Shown one piece after another: positions 1-8,323 of a DNA stretch of 25,902 nucleotides. This DNA comes from a virus (taxonomy: Duplodnaviria; Caudoviricetes), in IMG/VR virus record IMGVR_UViG_3300020045_000734, positions 1 through 25,902 of that record; one strand, given 5' to 3'. Below the pieces are notes generated by a model. That model was given only the letters and a program-made list of their open reading frames with translations, did no database searches and was not told where the DNA came from. Position 1 is the first letter of the stretch. Each line of letters begins with the position of its first letter. The translations under genes were made by a program, and so were the position numbers.

Positions 1-1
1 G

Positions 2-235
2 ATTTTGGGTAGGCCGGCGATTACGGGGCGCTTACGCCCCTCGAGACTTTTGACTAGCGCCGCGTGGGCGTTGGCGATGGACCCGCAACTCCTTCTCCTC
101 ATGCTCACCCCCGATCCCAAGCGGCCAACCACTCACCTGTTCATCGCCAAGACGAAGGTGACTATTGAAGGAGACGAAGGTGAGGTTCCCCAAAAATTTG
201 GGTGGGGCGGCGGTATGGCTCGACATAGGTCCTGA
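2..235 (+). CDS. Possible 3' end of a hypothetical protein in the non-phage-like left flank
   Basis: Frame is open from the window edge to TGA at 233-235 and is followed by a hairpin cluster. No recognisable motif. Confidence 0.3.
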   Translation: MLGRPAITGRLRPSRLLTSAAWALAMDPQLLLLMLTPDPKRPTTHLFIAKTKVTIEGDEGEVPQKFGWGGGMARHRS

Positions 236-389
236 CTCCTTGTCATGGTGGGGCGGGCATTTTCTAAGTGAGCCGTCCGCTGCTTTCGTCCGGTGTACCC
301 TGCTCATCCTCGGGTAGCAGCGCTCACACAAGAGGCAATAGCGACGGCTCGCTAAGAAAATGGTCGTCGCCCCGGCAAGGGGAGGGTCA
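233..389 (+). other. Long imperfect rod-like hairpin (~157 nt); possible structured RNA or palindromic element
   Basis: Nested pairings: 233-244/374-389, GGGGCG 250-255/CGCCCC 368-373, CATTTTCTAAGTGAGCCGTC 258-277/343-362, GTGT/ACAC, CTGCT/AGCAG. Several mismatches are G-U pairs on the + strand. Confidence 0.55.
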
Positions 390-419
390 CGCATGGATGA
401 TAACTCGCCGGGGCAACTG

Positions 420-462
420 AGCGGGGAGGCAACTGGAGGGAAATCCTCCCCGCTTTTAGTTT
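420..462 (+). terminator. Rho-independent terminator-like hairpin
   Basis: AGCGGGGAGG 420-429 / CCTCCCCGCT 445-454 perfect 10-bp stem followed by TTTAGTTT. Confidence 0.55.
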
Positions 463-532
463 GGTGAGGTACGCCACCTGCAAAAGTACCCGTACCTCAC
501 CGCGCGTCGTCACACTTAAGCGACAAGACGCG
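463..532. repeat. Two further inverted repeats
   Basis: GGTGAGGTACG 463-473 / CGTACCTCACC 491-501 (perfect 11 bp); CGCGTC 503-508 / GACGCG 527-532. Confidence 0.6.
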
Positions 533-537
533 AACTG

Positions 538-3500
538 TTACTCGGCCGCGGTTTCCGCAGGCGCGGGCTCGGCCGAACCGCCGCCGATACCGAGGCCGGC
601 GAGGGAAATCTTCCCGGCGCCCTGGCGTGCCTTGACCTCTTCGCGCATGGCCTCTTGGGCTGCGGCCAGTTCTTTGCGCAAGTCGCCCAGTTCCTCCTGC
701 AGCTTCTCGCTCTTGGCTTCCCATGTGCCGCGCTGTGCGTGAGTCGTGCTGTCGGATGCCGCCATCTTCTCCAGCGCCAGAATTTCCTCTCCCAAGGCGG
801 ATTGATGATCCAACTTGTCCCGGTTCAGCATGTTGAAGCGCGTGTGTGCGCCGTCCGGGTGGTAGGTTAGCGCCCGCAAGTTATACAGGTAGCCCGTGGG
901 CTCGCCGGTAGCCGCTTGCATCAGTGAGTGCGCTTCGTCCGCTACCACCAGACTCCACTGGCGCCGGGCCAGTTGGTCATTCTCTCCAAGATTGGCGTAG
1001 GTTGTGATGACAACGCCCTTGCCTGCGTCTTTGGTGTCTTTCAGGCCGGTGATGTCTAAGCCCATCAGCTTGCCGGACTCGATCCAGTCGGATGCAATCT
1101 TGCTGTCTGGCGCTACGATCAGGGTGTCCGTCTTGCCTTGCAGGGCGAAGCGCTTGATGATGCCAAGTCCGCTAAAAGTTTTTCCTGTACCAGTTCCATT
1201 GGTGAACAACATGCCGTAGCCGTCCTCCTTGGCAAAGCGGTCTTCTGCCAGCTTCACATCGTCTTGCTGGCCGGTGAGTAACTGCGGCAGGGTGGTGCGA
1301 ATGCTGTCAATGTCGCCCAGCGTCACGGGCAACTTGTCAGCCTTGACCTGCTTTAGTTTGGCTTCTGCTTGAGCAGTGCGGCTTGTAGCAACTGCGTCAA
1401 CTTTTGCTGCTGCAATGGGTTCAGGCGGTATTCTTGAGACGCCAGAATCACCGCCTGGTTCACGGAAGTCAGCTCCGGTAACGATGCTCGTAAGCTCGGG
1501 TTGTTCGCCAACAGGATGTAATCGCTGATCGCTTCGTTCTCCAGCAACAGGGGCGCTACCAAACGGTACGCCAGCACTGTCTTGTTGTCCGCGCCCTTCG
1601 CCTCGATTGGATCGTCCACCAGCTTTGGCAGTTGCTGCGTCAGTTCCGTTTGATTCAGGCGAAACAGTGTCGCCCATGGCTGGCTCAGTGCTTGCGACTG
1701 GGCTATCTCGTTCCACACGGCTGTCGGTACTTGGTGCATTTGATTCTCCGTTGCGTTCATTATCGGTCTGTGCGGTGTGGCTTTCAATCTCTGATTTGTC
1801 TTCGATGTTGCTCACCGCGCGAATGCCATCCACGCCAGTCTTGCCGCTGGACATGGAGATATAGGCGCCTTGCAAATGCTCCAGCGTAAGGTCGTCGGCC
1901 ACATCGCTGCCCAGTGCGGCGCGAATCTTGTCCAGTGCAAACTTGGCTGCGTCCTTGAATTTGACGTAGCCCAGCCGGAAGGCGGCATCGAACAACTTCA
2001 CCATGACCGGCAGAATCTTGGCTTCCTGCTCGGGCATCATGTTCATGCGCGTGTTCTTGCCGAAGATGTCGCCAAGGTCGGCCAGTGCTGCCTGTAGGTC
2101 GGCCTGTGCGCGCAGTTCGGCGGCGCTTGGGGTTTTGGCTGTTGGCGCTACTGGATTAGTGGTTGTTTCCGTTTTGGAAACAGGCGCGGGTGCTGATGGC
2201 TCATCAAAAATACTACCCTGCCCACTCAGGTTCTGCTCTGCGTCACCGCCCAGCTCAAAGGTGTCAGCGGCGGCTTCGGATGCCTTGGCAATGTCCTTGC
2301 GTTCACGGTCTCGCTTGTCGGCCAAGTCCTGCGCCTTGCGCTGCGCGGTTTCGGCCTTGGCGGCATTGTCGGCGCGCTCCTGTTGCGCCAGTACCTCGGT
2401 GCGGGTTGGGGTGGTCAGTGTGGGCGCCTCCACATACTCATCTTCCTTGTCTTCATTCAGCGCCTCTTGGGTTTCCTCCCCAAGATTGATCGGTCCGGTG
2501 TATGGCGTGACCTTTGACAGATCAACCCCGCTTGCGTCATAAGTCAGGGTGACGTGCGGCGTGTAGCCCTCGTAGTCCCACGATGCGCCTGCATCACGAT
2601 ATTGTTTCCAGCGTGATTGAAGCTCGTCACTTGCAAACTTCAGAACGACTGCGCCACCATCACCAAGAGGCTCTACTGTGCGTGCTCCGCTTTCAATGCT
2701 GACCGTTGGGCTTGTCTTGCCGGCCTTTGCGCCATCCACCGGCTTGCTTGAGTACGCCACGGTGACGTGCATATCGTTGGCCGGGAGGGTCGTCTTGAAG
2801 CCCTGCGTCTGAGCCCAAGCAATGATGTCGGCGGCATTTGTGACCGCACGGCTGGCGTAAAGCGGATTTGCTACGCCTTCTTCGCTTCCCGCATTGCCTT
2901 GTGCGCCAGCATCTTCGTTGCGACTTCGATTGCTTTCTGCGATGGCTGACGTAAGGGCGTCGCGGGTTGCTTCGTAGTAGTCTTGCTCTGATCCATTGCG
3001 GGTGCCTTCATGTGCGCTCTCTTTAATAGTGTCGGTGTCAATGCCCAAGGCTTCAGCCTGCGCCAGATAGGCGTTCACCTCCAGCTTGATTGGGTCTTCC
3101 AAAGCATCATAGCCCGCCCAGTCGGCGTCGTCCAGCGTGAAACCCATGTCGGAAACAGACTCGAACGGGTCGAAGTCGTCGGCTTGCGCGGATTCTTCTT
3201 GGCTCGTCAGGTAGTCATCAAAGCGCGCCTCGACTTCAGCCTGCGCCGTGGTTTCTGTGCCGTCAGCGGTGTATTGCGGCCTGGTGAAGCTGCGGTTGAC
3301 CAGCGCCACGGTGTCGCTGTGGGTCGCGCCTTGCGGCAGGTAGCCCGCCTCGATCAGCTTTTCAGTGGCTGCATCAATACTCAGTCCGCCGCGCGCGCCA
3401 GCGAACAGTGTGCGGTTGCCCACGCGGGGGTTGTTGCCAAAGCTGAATTCGCTCTTGGTGCTGGCATCCATGCCACCTTCACCTGCGATGAACTCGTGCG

Positions 3501-5991
3501 CCGCCGTTGGCACGCCAGCCTGGCCGGTGCGGGCGATGCCAAGTCGTTTGGCGGCTTGCTGCTCGGCGGCGAGCTGCTTTTCAGTCTTGGGCGCCAGTGC
3601 AAAGCCGCCTTTGGTCTTGATGACGCGAAGCATGGGCTGCAGCTTCTTGGCGGTGGCCGCTTCGTCTTTGGTCTTGAACGGCTTACCGCCTTCGGCCAGT
3701 GGCTTGCTGTTGCGGCCAAGGTGTTCGGGGTCGATGGACTGGGTTGACTTGGCGATTAGACGGGGGTCAGTTGGTTTGGATTTTTTAATCTTTCCAAGAA
3801 TAGCCAATCCATCTTCTTCTGATGCAAATACCGTTACCTTTTCCCCGCGCTCTGCCGCAACAGCAATGCGGTGGCGTCCATCGTTGATTCCAATATCGCC
3901 GCGTGCATTGATGGCAGCTTCGATATTCCCGGTTGATTTTGCGCCGCCTCGAACCGCATTCAGCTTGTCGTTATTCCACACCAAAGCTGAGCCGTTTTCT
4001 TTTTCAAATGCAGCCATGAGCGCTTTCGCGTCAACTTCAAAAGGCTTTTCGTAGCCCTCTCGTCCTGCTGGCTCTTTTGCTACAGTTTCAATAGCTGCTG
4101 ACGCTTTTTTTACAAGGGGTGCGGCCTGTTTTTCCTTCAAAACCGCATAGCCATACTTGCCATTGCGGTTGGCCACGCGAACAACCTCTCCACCATCCAT
4201 CTCAACCTGAAGTTGCGCCAATTCAAGCGGCATGGTGACTGCGCCATCAAAGCGCGGCACGATGCGGGGTTGTGCTTCTGGCTTGGGTGCGGGGATGGCT
4301 GGCGCCTCGGCCACCGGGTCAGGCCCAATGGTTTTATCCGCCAGTCGGTTGAAGGCGGCGCTCATGGCGTTCGGCGCTTCCGTGGCGGCGGCGCGCTGCA
4401 ATGCACCGGCCACCACATCCTGCTCGGCAGCAATGCCGGGGATTTGATTCATCTGCGCCTGCTTGACGCGATCTTGCTCAATCTGTGCCTGCATAACTTG
4501 CAAGTTGCGCTGCTCACTGGCCACCAAGCCATCAAGCTCTTGCTGGTCGAAGTAGCCGGGCGCCACGCTGCGGGCATCAAAGCCTGGGCCTGCGGTCACG
4601 GCATTCATGGTGCCCATGCTGGCGGTCGGTGTCGAAGCCAGTGCGCCCTGCGCCAGTGCAATCGCATGGTCCACACTTGTGACGTTATCCGCCATGATGT
4701 CGGCGGGCTGTGGCGCCAGGCCGGACAGCTTGGCACGCGCGGCCACGCGGTCGGCTTCGGGCAGGCTGTTGATATAGGCGTCCACCTCTGAGCGCCGGCC
4801 GACAGTTCCATCAGGGAATGACAGTAGCGGGTCGGGCGTGTTGCCAAGCTGCAGCGTTTCAGGTGTTTCAGGCGTTGCGGCCGGAGTTGGTGCGGCTGGC
4901 GCCTTGGCACCGTGGATGATGCCGCCAACAGAGCCCATGGCAGCGCCGCCCAGCGCCCCAAGTGCCGCGCCATCGCGGGCTTGCGCCAGTGACGCCTCGC
5001 TGAACGGGTCTTTGCCCTTGCCGTATTCCTCGGCCAGTGTTTGCGCAAACTCGGTGCCTGCCTCAATCGGCGCAGCGCCTGCGGCCGCAACCCCGGCGCG
5101 TGCGGCCGCGCCACCAAAGCCAGTGAGTGACGCGGCCGGCTTGAGCAATTTCGACTTGCCAAGCATGATGTCCAGGCCAACTTTATCGCCCACGAATTCC
5201 AGTGCGCCAGCGCCCAAGGTGGCAGCGAATGCCTTGCCAAGCTCTGAGCCGGTTAGAGCACGGTCTTTGTTTTCAGAGGTCAGCCCACCGAAAATCTCGC
5301 CGCCCTCCATGCCAAACGCACTGGCGCCCACGGCGGCGGTCTGCCCAATGGTGGCAAACTTGGCGGCGATGTTGGCCGTGGCCAGCTTGGCGACTGCATC
5401 AGCGGCCAGTGTTTTACCGGCTTCGCTGGCGGCAATGCTTGCTGCCTCTTTGGCCACCATGCCCTCGGCAATCTGTTTGGCGGCGGTCGATGCTACGAAC
5501 TTGCCACCCACAGCGCCGATTCCGCCCGTGGCCAGCGTTTGAATCGCCTGTCCACCAACATAACCCAAGCCGTGCGCCACCCAGTTGATCAGCGCGCCAA
5601 AGTCGCCTTCTTTTGCCTTGTCGTAAGAGTAGTTCCACGAATCCGACTCTTGCGCCTTGTCGGCAATCTTCTTGCCCCAGTCGTCGTAGCCCTTGATGCC
5701 CGCCTTTTTGATGCCCGTGGCAATGCCGCCCTCGCCCAATGCCGACTCGGCCAGCGCGCCCGCGCCCGCCACCAGGCCCGCACCCAGTTGCGGAAGTTGC
5801 TGGAATGCCTCGGTGGCGCCGCGCTTCAGTCCGCCCCATGCGGATTCTTCCGGCTTGGGCGTTGGCGCTTCTGGCATGTTTTCCAGATGGTCAAGATACG
5901 CAGACAATCCGCCATCCGCGCTGTCTTTATTGGCTGGCTTGCTGTCTGGAAGTTGCTCTAAATACTGGCTCAGTGGATCGCTTGATGGCAT
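538..5991 (-). CDS. Large polyvalent (DarB-like) putative internal virion protein with Gly/Ala-rich N-terminus, ParB/Srx-like domain, Acb1-like 2H phosphoesterase and SF2 helicase; C-terminally truncated at ~615
   Basis: 1817-aa ORF. INDGRHR motif (~3870); HVTVAYS (~2765) and YTPHVTLTY (~2550) paired HxT motifs; Walker A GTGTGKT (1177-1197); VADEAH (~930). No motif III or second RecA lobe before the stop. Last gene of the putative ejection-protein block. Confidence 0.85.
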   Translation of the reverse strand: MPSSDPLSQYLEQLPDSKPANKDSADGGLSAYLDHLENMPEAPTPKPEESAWGGLKRGATEAFQQLPQLGAGLVAGAGALAESALGEGGIATGIKKAGIKGYDDWGKKIADKAQESDSWNYSYDKAKEGDFGALINWVAHGLGYVGGQAIQTLATGGIGAVGGKFVASTAAKQIAEGMVAKEAASIAASEAGKTLAADAVAKLATANIAAKFATIGQTAAVGASAFGMEGGEIFGGLTSENKDRALTGSELGKAFAATLGAGALEFVGDKVGLDIMLGKSKLLKPAASLTGFGGAAARAGVAAAGAAPIEAGTEFAQTLAEEYGKGKDPFSEASLAQARDGAALGALGGAAMGSVGGIIHGAKAPAAPTPAATPETPETLQLGNTPDPLLSFPDGTVGRRSEVDAYINSLPEADRVAARAKLSGLAPQPADIMADNVTSVDHAIALAQGALASTPTASMGTMNAVTAGPGFDARSVAPGYFDQQELDGLVASEQRNLQVMQAQIEQDRVKQAQMNQIPGIAAEQDVVAGALQRAAATEAPNAMSAAFNRLADKTIGPDPVAEAPAIPAPKPEAQPRIVPRFDGAVTMPLELAQLQVEMDGGEVVRVANRNGKYGYAVLKEKQAAPLVKKASAAIETVAKEPAGREGYEKPFEVDAKALMAAFEKENGSALVWNNDKLNAVRGGAKSTGNIEAAINARGDIGINDGRHRIAVAAERGEKVTVFASEEDGLAILGKIKKSKPTDPRLIAKSTQSIDPEHLGRNSKPLAEGGKPFKTKDEAATAKKLQPMLRVIKTKGGFALAPKTEKQLAAEQQAAKRLGIARTGQAGVPTAAHEFIAGEGGMDASTKSEFSFGNNPRVGNRTLFAGARGGLSIDAATEKLIEAGYLPQGATHSDTVALVNRSFTRPQYTADGTETTAQAEVEARFDDYLTSQEESAQADDFDPFESVSDMGFTLDDADWAGYDALEDPIKLEVNAYLAQAEALGIDTDTIKESAHEGTRNGSEQDYYEATRDALTSAIAESNRSRNEDAGAQGNAGSEEGVANPLYASRAVTNAADIIAWAQTQGFKTTLPANDMHVTVAYSSKPVDGAKAGKTSPTVSIESGARTVEPLGDGGAVVLKFASDELQSRWKQYRDAGASWDYEGYTPHVTLTYDASGVDLSKVTPYTGPINLGEETQEALNEDKEDEYVEAPTLTTPTRTEVLAQQERADNAAKAETAQRKAQDLADKRDRERKDIAKASEAAADTFELGGDAEQNLSGQGSIFDEPSAPAPVSKTETTTNPVAPTAKTPSAAELRAQADLQAALADLGDIFGKNTRMNMMPEQEAKILPVMVKLFDAAFRLGYVKFKDAAKFALDKIRAALGSDVADDLTLEHLQGAYISMSSGKTGVDGIRAVSNIEDKSEIESHTAQTDNERNGESNAPSTDSRVERDSPVASTEPAMGDTVSPESNGTDAATAKAGGRSNRGEGRGQQDSAGVPFGSAPVAGERSDQRLHPVGEQPELTSIVTGADFREPGGDSGVSRIPPEPIAAAKVDAVATSRTAQAEAKLKQVKADKLPVTLGDIDSIRTTLPQLLTGQQDDVKLAEDRFAKEDGYGMLFTNGTGTGKTFSGLGIIKRFALQGKTDTLIVAPDSKIASDWIESGKLMGLDITGLKDTKDAGKGVVITTYANLGENDQLARRQWSLVVADEAHSLMQAATGEPTGYLYNLRALTYHPDGAHTRFNMLNRDKLDHQSALGEEILALEKMAASDSTTHAQRGTWEAKSEKLQEELGDLRKELAAAQEAMREEVKARQGAGKISLAGLGIGGGSAEPAPAETAAE
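1353..1739 (-). CDS. Nested 128-aa gene in the +1 frame of the polyvalent protein gene
   Basis: GGAG at 1749-1746, 6 nt before ATG 1739. CTG/GCG/CAG-rich codon usage in this frame. Leu/Gln/Ala-rich helical-looking product (MHQVPTAVWNEIAQ...). The host frame here is a low-complexity linker. Confidence 0.7.
   Translation of the reverse strand: MHQVPTAVWNEIAQSQALSQPWATLFRLNQTELTQQLPKLVDDPIEAKGADNKTVLAYRLVAPLLLENEAISDYILLANNPSLRASLPELTSVNQAVILASQEYRLNPLQQQKLTQLLQAALLKQKPN
2871..3011 (-). CDS. Possible nested 46-aa ORF in the same +1 frame
   Basis: AAAGAGAG 5 nt upstream of ATG 3011. Product MKAPAMDQSKTTTKQPATPLRQPSQKAIEVATKMLAHKAMREAKKA; stop lies just before the 2H domain. Confidence 0.3.
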   Translation of the reverse strand: MKAPAMDQSKTTTKQPATPLRQPSQKAIEVATKMLAHKAMREAKKA

Positions 5992-6025
5992 GTAGTGGCT
6001 TTCGTTTTATTGGGTGTGGCGTTGA

Positions 6026-7405
6026 CTACTGAAACCGTGTGTTCAGCAAGCTCTGGCCAGAATCTCGTGTACCAAGCTGCTTGCGCATGGCGATCAATTT
6101 GGCTTGGTAGGCTTGCTCGGCCAGTGCTGCGGCAGATGCGTCGGCATCGTTCTTGATCTTGTCTGCGCCTTGTTGCGCCGCTGCTTTGGCGTTGCGCTCG
6201 GCAGTGGCTGCTGCGCCATAGAACCCGCCATTGGCGACTGACCCGATTACGCCCTGCTTCTTGACTGGTGCTGGCGCATTGGGGGTGCCGCCAATATTGG
6301 CAAGTTGCCGCGTCATGTTCGACAGATGTTCCTGCAACTGTTCCCGTGATTCCGGGTCGGTGACAACTTTCAGGTCGGCGGTAGTTCTGGCAATCTCACG
6401 CTGAATAGCTTTTGGATCGGCGCCCATATCGCTTTGCGCCGATACCTTCATGCCTGCCTCGGTAGAGTTTCCGCCGGTGGCTTGTGTCGTACTGGATGGC
6501 GCTGGCTTGTATTGGTTGCCCTCTTTCACAATGTCGCGCACTGCCTGCTCTACCGTCAGTTTTGAGCCTTTGTCGGATTCTGCTGCCTTGGCAACCCGCG
6601 CTTGTGCCAGGCTCTTGATTTGCGCCATCTTGGTGGTGGCAAATTCAACCGCCTCATTGGGGGACATGTCGCCGCTAGATTTGGCGGAATTGAACAGTCG
6701 GAGATAGGCGGAGCGCAGATCAACAGATTCCACATCCTTATCGCCCATGGCGTTTGGCAGCGATACCACGGACTTGTCAATCTTGGCTGCGGCATCCCAC
6801 TGCTTTTCATCAAAGTGATCGGCGCGCTTGGCACCCACTTTCCCATCAGCCTTTTCCTGGTTGATGGAGCCCTTGAGTGCAGAACCATTGTCATAAATGA
6901 CATTGCCATCGCCATCGACGCGGGTTGACCCCCATGCCACCGTAGAGGCACCACTTTCGGCAATCTTGTCCAGCTTGGCGGCTTCGTCGCTATAACCCAC
7001 ATTGGATGCTGCTTGCGCACGGATACGCGGGTTCTTGGCCATGGCCACAATACCTTGATTGCGTGCCGCCTCCATTTCTGGCGTCCATGTTGAGGCGTCA
7101 ACCACTTGATGCCCTGCCAGATTGCCATCCACAATGGCGCTGGATTCATTTTTGATGGCATCAAGCATCTTGGCGCGGGCGGCGTCTTGGCTGGCTGCCA
7201 CTTCCCCGGCTGTCGCTTGGCGTTCGGTGGCTCGATTTGCCATGCCGCGCTGCTCGGCGCGAACTGCAGAGCCCTCTTGCAAGTCGCTCAAGACCTTTGC
7301 CCGTGCGATCACCAGCTCCTGCTCGCGCTCGGCCTTGATCTTGTCGCCAAGAATGTCGGCGCCCGCCGTCGCCGCGCCGCCTACGAAGTCACCAAAGAAA
7401 CTCAT
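6026..7405 (-). CDS. Putative internal virion / DNA ejection protein
   Basis: 459 aa, Ala-rich and helical, N-terminal MSFFGDFVGGAA typical of ejected proteins. ATGA overlap with the upstream gene. Confidence 0.65.
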   Translation of the reverse strand: MSFFGDFVGGAATAGADILGDKIKAEREQELVIARAKVLSDLQEGSAVRAEQRGMANRATERQATAGEVAASQDAARAKMLDAIKNESSAIVDGNLAGHQVVDASTWTPEMEAARNQGIVAMAKNPRIRAQAASNVGYSDEAAKLDKIAESGASTVAWGSTRVDGDGNVIYDNGSALKGSINQEKADGKVGAKRADHFDEKQWDAAAKIDKSVVSLPNAMGDKDVESVDLRSAYLRLFNSAKSSGDMSPNEAVEFATTKMAQIKSLAQARVAKAAESDKGSKLTVEQAVRDIVKEGNQYKPAPSSTTQATGGNSTEAGMKVSAQSDMGADPKAIQREIARTTADLKVVTDPESREQLQEHLSNMTRQLANIGGTPNAPAPVKKQGVIGSVANGGFYGAAATAERNAKAAAQQGADKIKNDADASAAALAEQAYQAKLIAMRKQLGTRDSGQSLLNTRFQ

Positions 7406-7800
7406 GCTGGCACTCCTGCTTGTTGAATGATGCCTTGCGGCTGGGTTGGTTGCGCGGGTTGCGTTGGCTGTGCGCCCTGCTGCGGCTGGCTGCGCGTGTT
7501 GCCAAGAATTGACTTGATGACCTCTTGCAGAATGCCGGGGTCGGCCTTCTTGCCGGTGGCGTCTTGCAGCACATCCACAATCAGCATGTAAATATTGACA
7601 CCCAGCAACGGGCGGATGGCGGGCGGCACGGGTTTGTGCTGGTCGATGGAACCCAGCACCGTCTGCACAGCGTTCAGGGCGCCTTCTTTGCTGCCCATCA
7701 TCTGCATGAACTGCTTCATGCGCGCCGTGTCGTAAATGATCTTCTTGGCGACCAAGGTAAAGCGCATCAGCGCGTCTTTGTTTTGCGGGTTGATTGCCAT
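7402..7800 (-). CDS. Hypothetical phage protein (ejection block)
   Basis: 132 aa, tightly packed in the operon, Q/P-rich tail. Confidence 0.7.
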   Translation of the reverse strand: MAINPQNKDALMRFTLVAKKIIYDTARMKQFMQMMGSKEGALNAVQTVLGSIDQHKPVPPAIRPLLGVNIYMLIVDVLQDATGKKADPGILQEVIKSILGNTRSQPQQGAQPTQPAQPTQPQGIIQQAGVPA

Positions 7801-7803
7801 GGT

Positions 7804-8304
7804 TTAAGCCTTGATGTATTTTCCGTTGTCGAACACGTTGGCGCCGGTGTTGCGCTGCAGTTGGCTTTGCGCGCCGATGATCCCGGGCTTGCGCATGGCC
7901 AGCACGTTCGCGCTGTTGGTGTTGGCTTGGTCTTGCTTGAGCTTGGCGGCTTGGTTCAGTTCGTCAATCCGGCCTTGCGCGGTCGTGGCTGCTGCGGCCT
8001 TGGTGTTGCTGCTGGATACGGCGTTTCCAATGCCGGAGGCAATGATTTTGGTGAGCTCAGAGTTTTTTTGCACCCATTTGCCCGTGTCATCAAGAACCGC
8101 TTTGCCTGATGTGATTAACCTGGGGAGTGTTGAGTCGGCGTCATGCGCAACGCCGGGCTCCTGCGACTCCGGCTGACTTGTGCCCATGGGATCGGCCAGA
8201 AAATCAGCCGTGATCTGCTCCGACATGGCTTCGAGTTCAGGGGAAACTCCAGACAGTGAGATGGCCTCCATGAGGTCTTCCGAGTAGATTTCTTCGTCGT
8301 CCAT
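7804..8304 (-). CDS. Hypothetical phage protein, possible internal virion protein
   Basis: 166 aa, AAGGA RBS, acidic N-terminus. Confidence 0.7.
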   Translation of the reverse strand: MDDEEIYSEDLMEAISLSGVSPELEAMSEQITADFLADPMGTSQPESQEPGVAHDADSTLPRLITSGKAVLDDTGKWVQKNSELTKIIASGIGNAVSSSNTKAAAATTAQGRIDELNQAAKLKQDQANTNSANVLAMRKPGIIGAQSQLQRNTGANVFDNGKYIKA

Positions 8305-8323
8305 GTGTATTCCTTGAAATTAT

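Noticed and set aside
32-394. Minus-strand 120-aa ORF in the left flank
   Set aside because: It runs through the long hairpin, overlaps a + strand ORF and has no recognisable features. Only the internal AAGGAG-ATG at 226 gives weak support.
233-540. 6S RNA, SRP RNA, tmRNA, riboswitch, group II intron domain V or integron attC
   Set aside because: No large central bubble, SRP loop motif, tRNA-like ends or properly paired RYYYAAC/GTTRRRY boxes. The GAGCCG stem is far too long for domain V.
538-5991. N4-type virion RNA polymerase, suggested by the N4-gp56-family capsid
   Set aside because: No polymerase motifs were seen; the recognisable domains are ParB-like, 2H and SF2 helicase.
3381-7164. 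Other same-strand alternative-frame ORFs (3381-3719, 4605-5240, 5414-5839, 6556-7164)
   Set aside because: Arg/Pro/Trp/Ser-rich composition typical of off-frame translation, and the main frame keeps its normal codon bias there, unlike 1353-1739.
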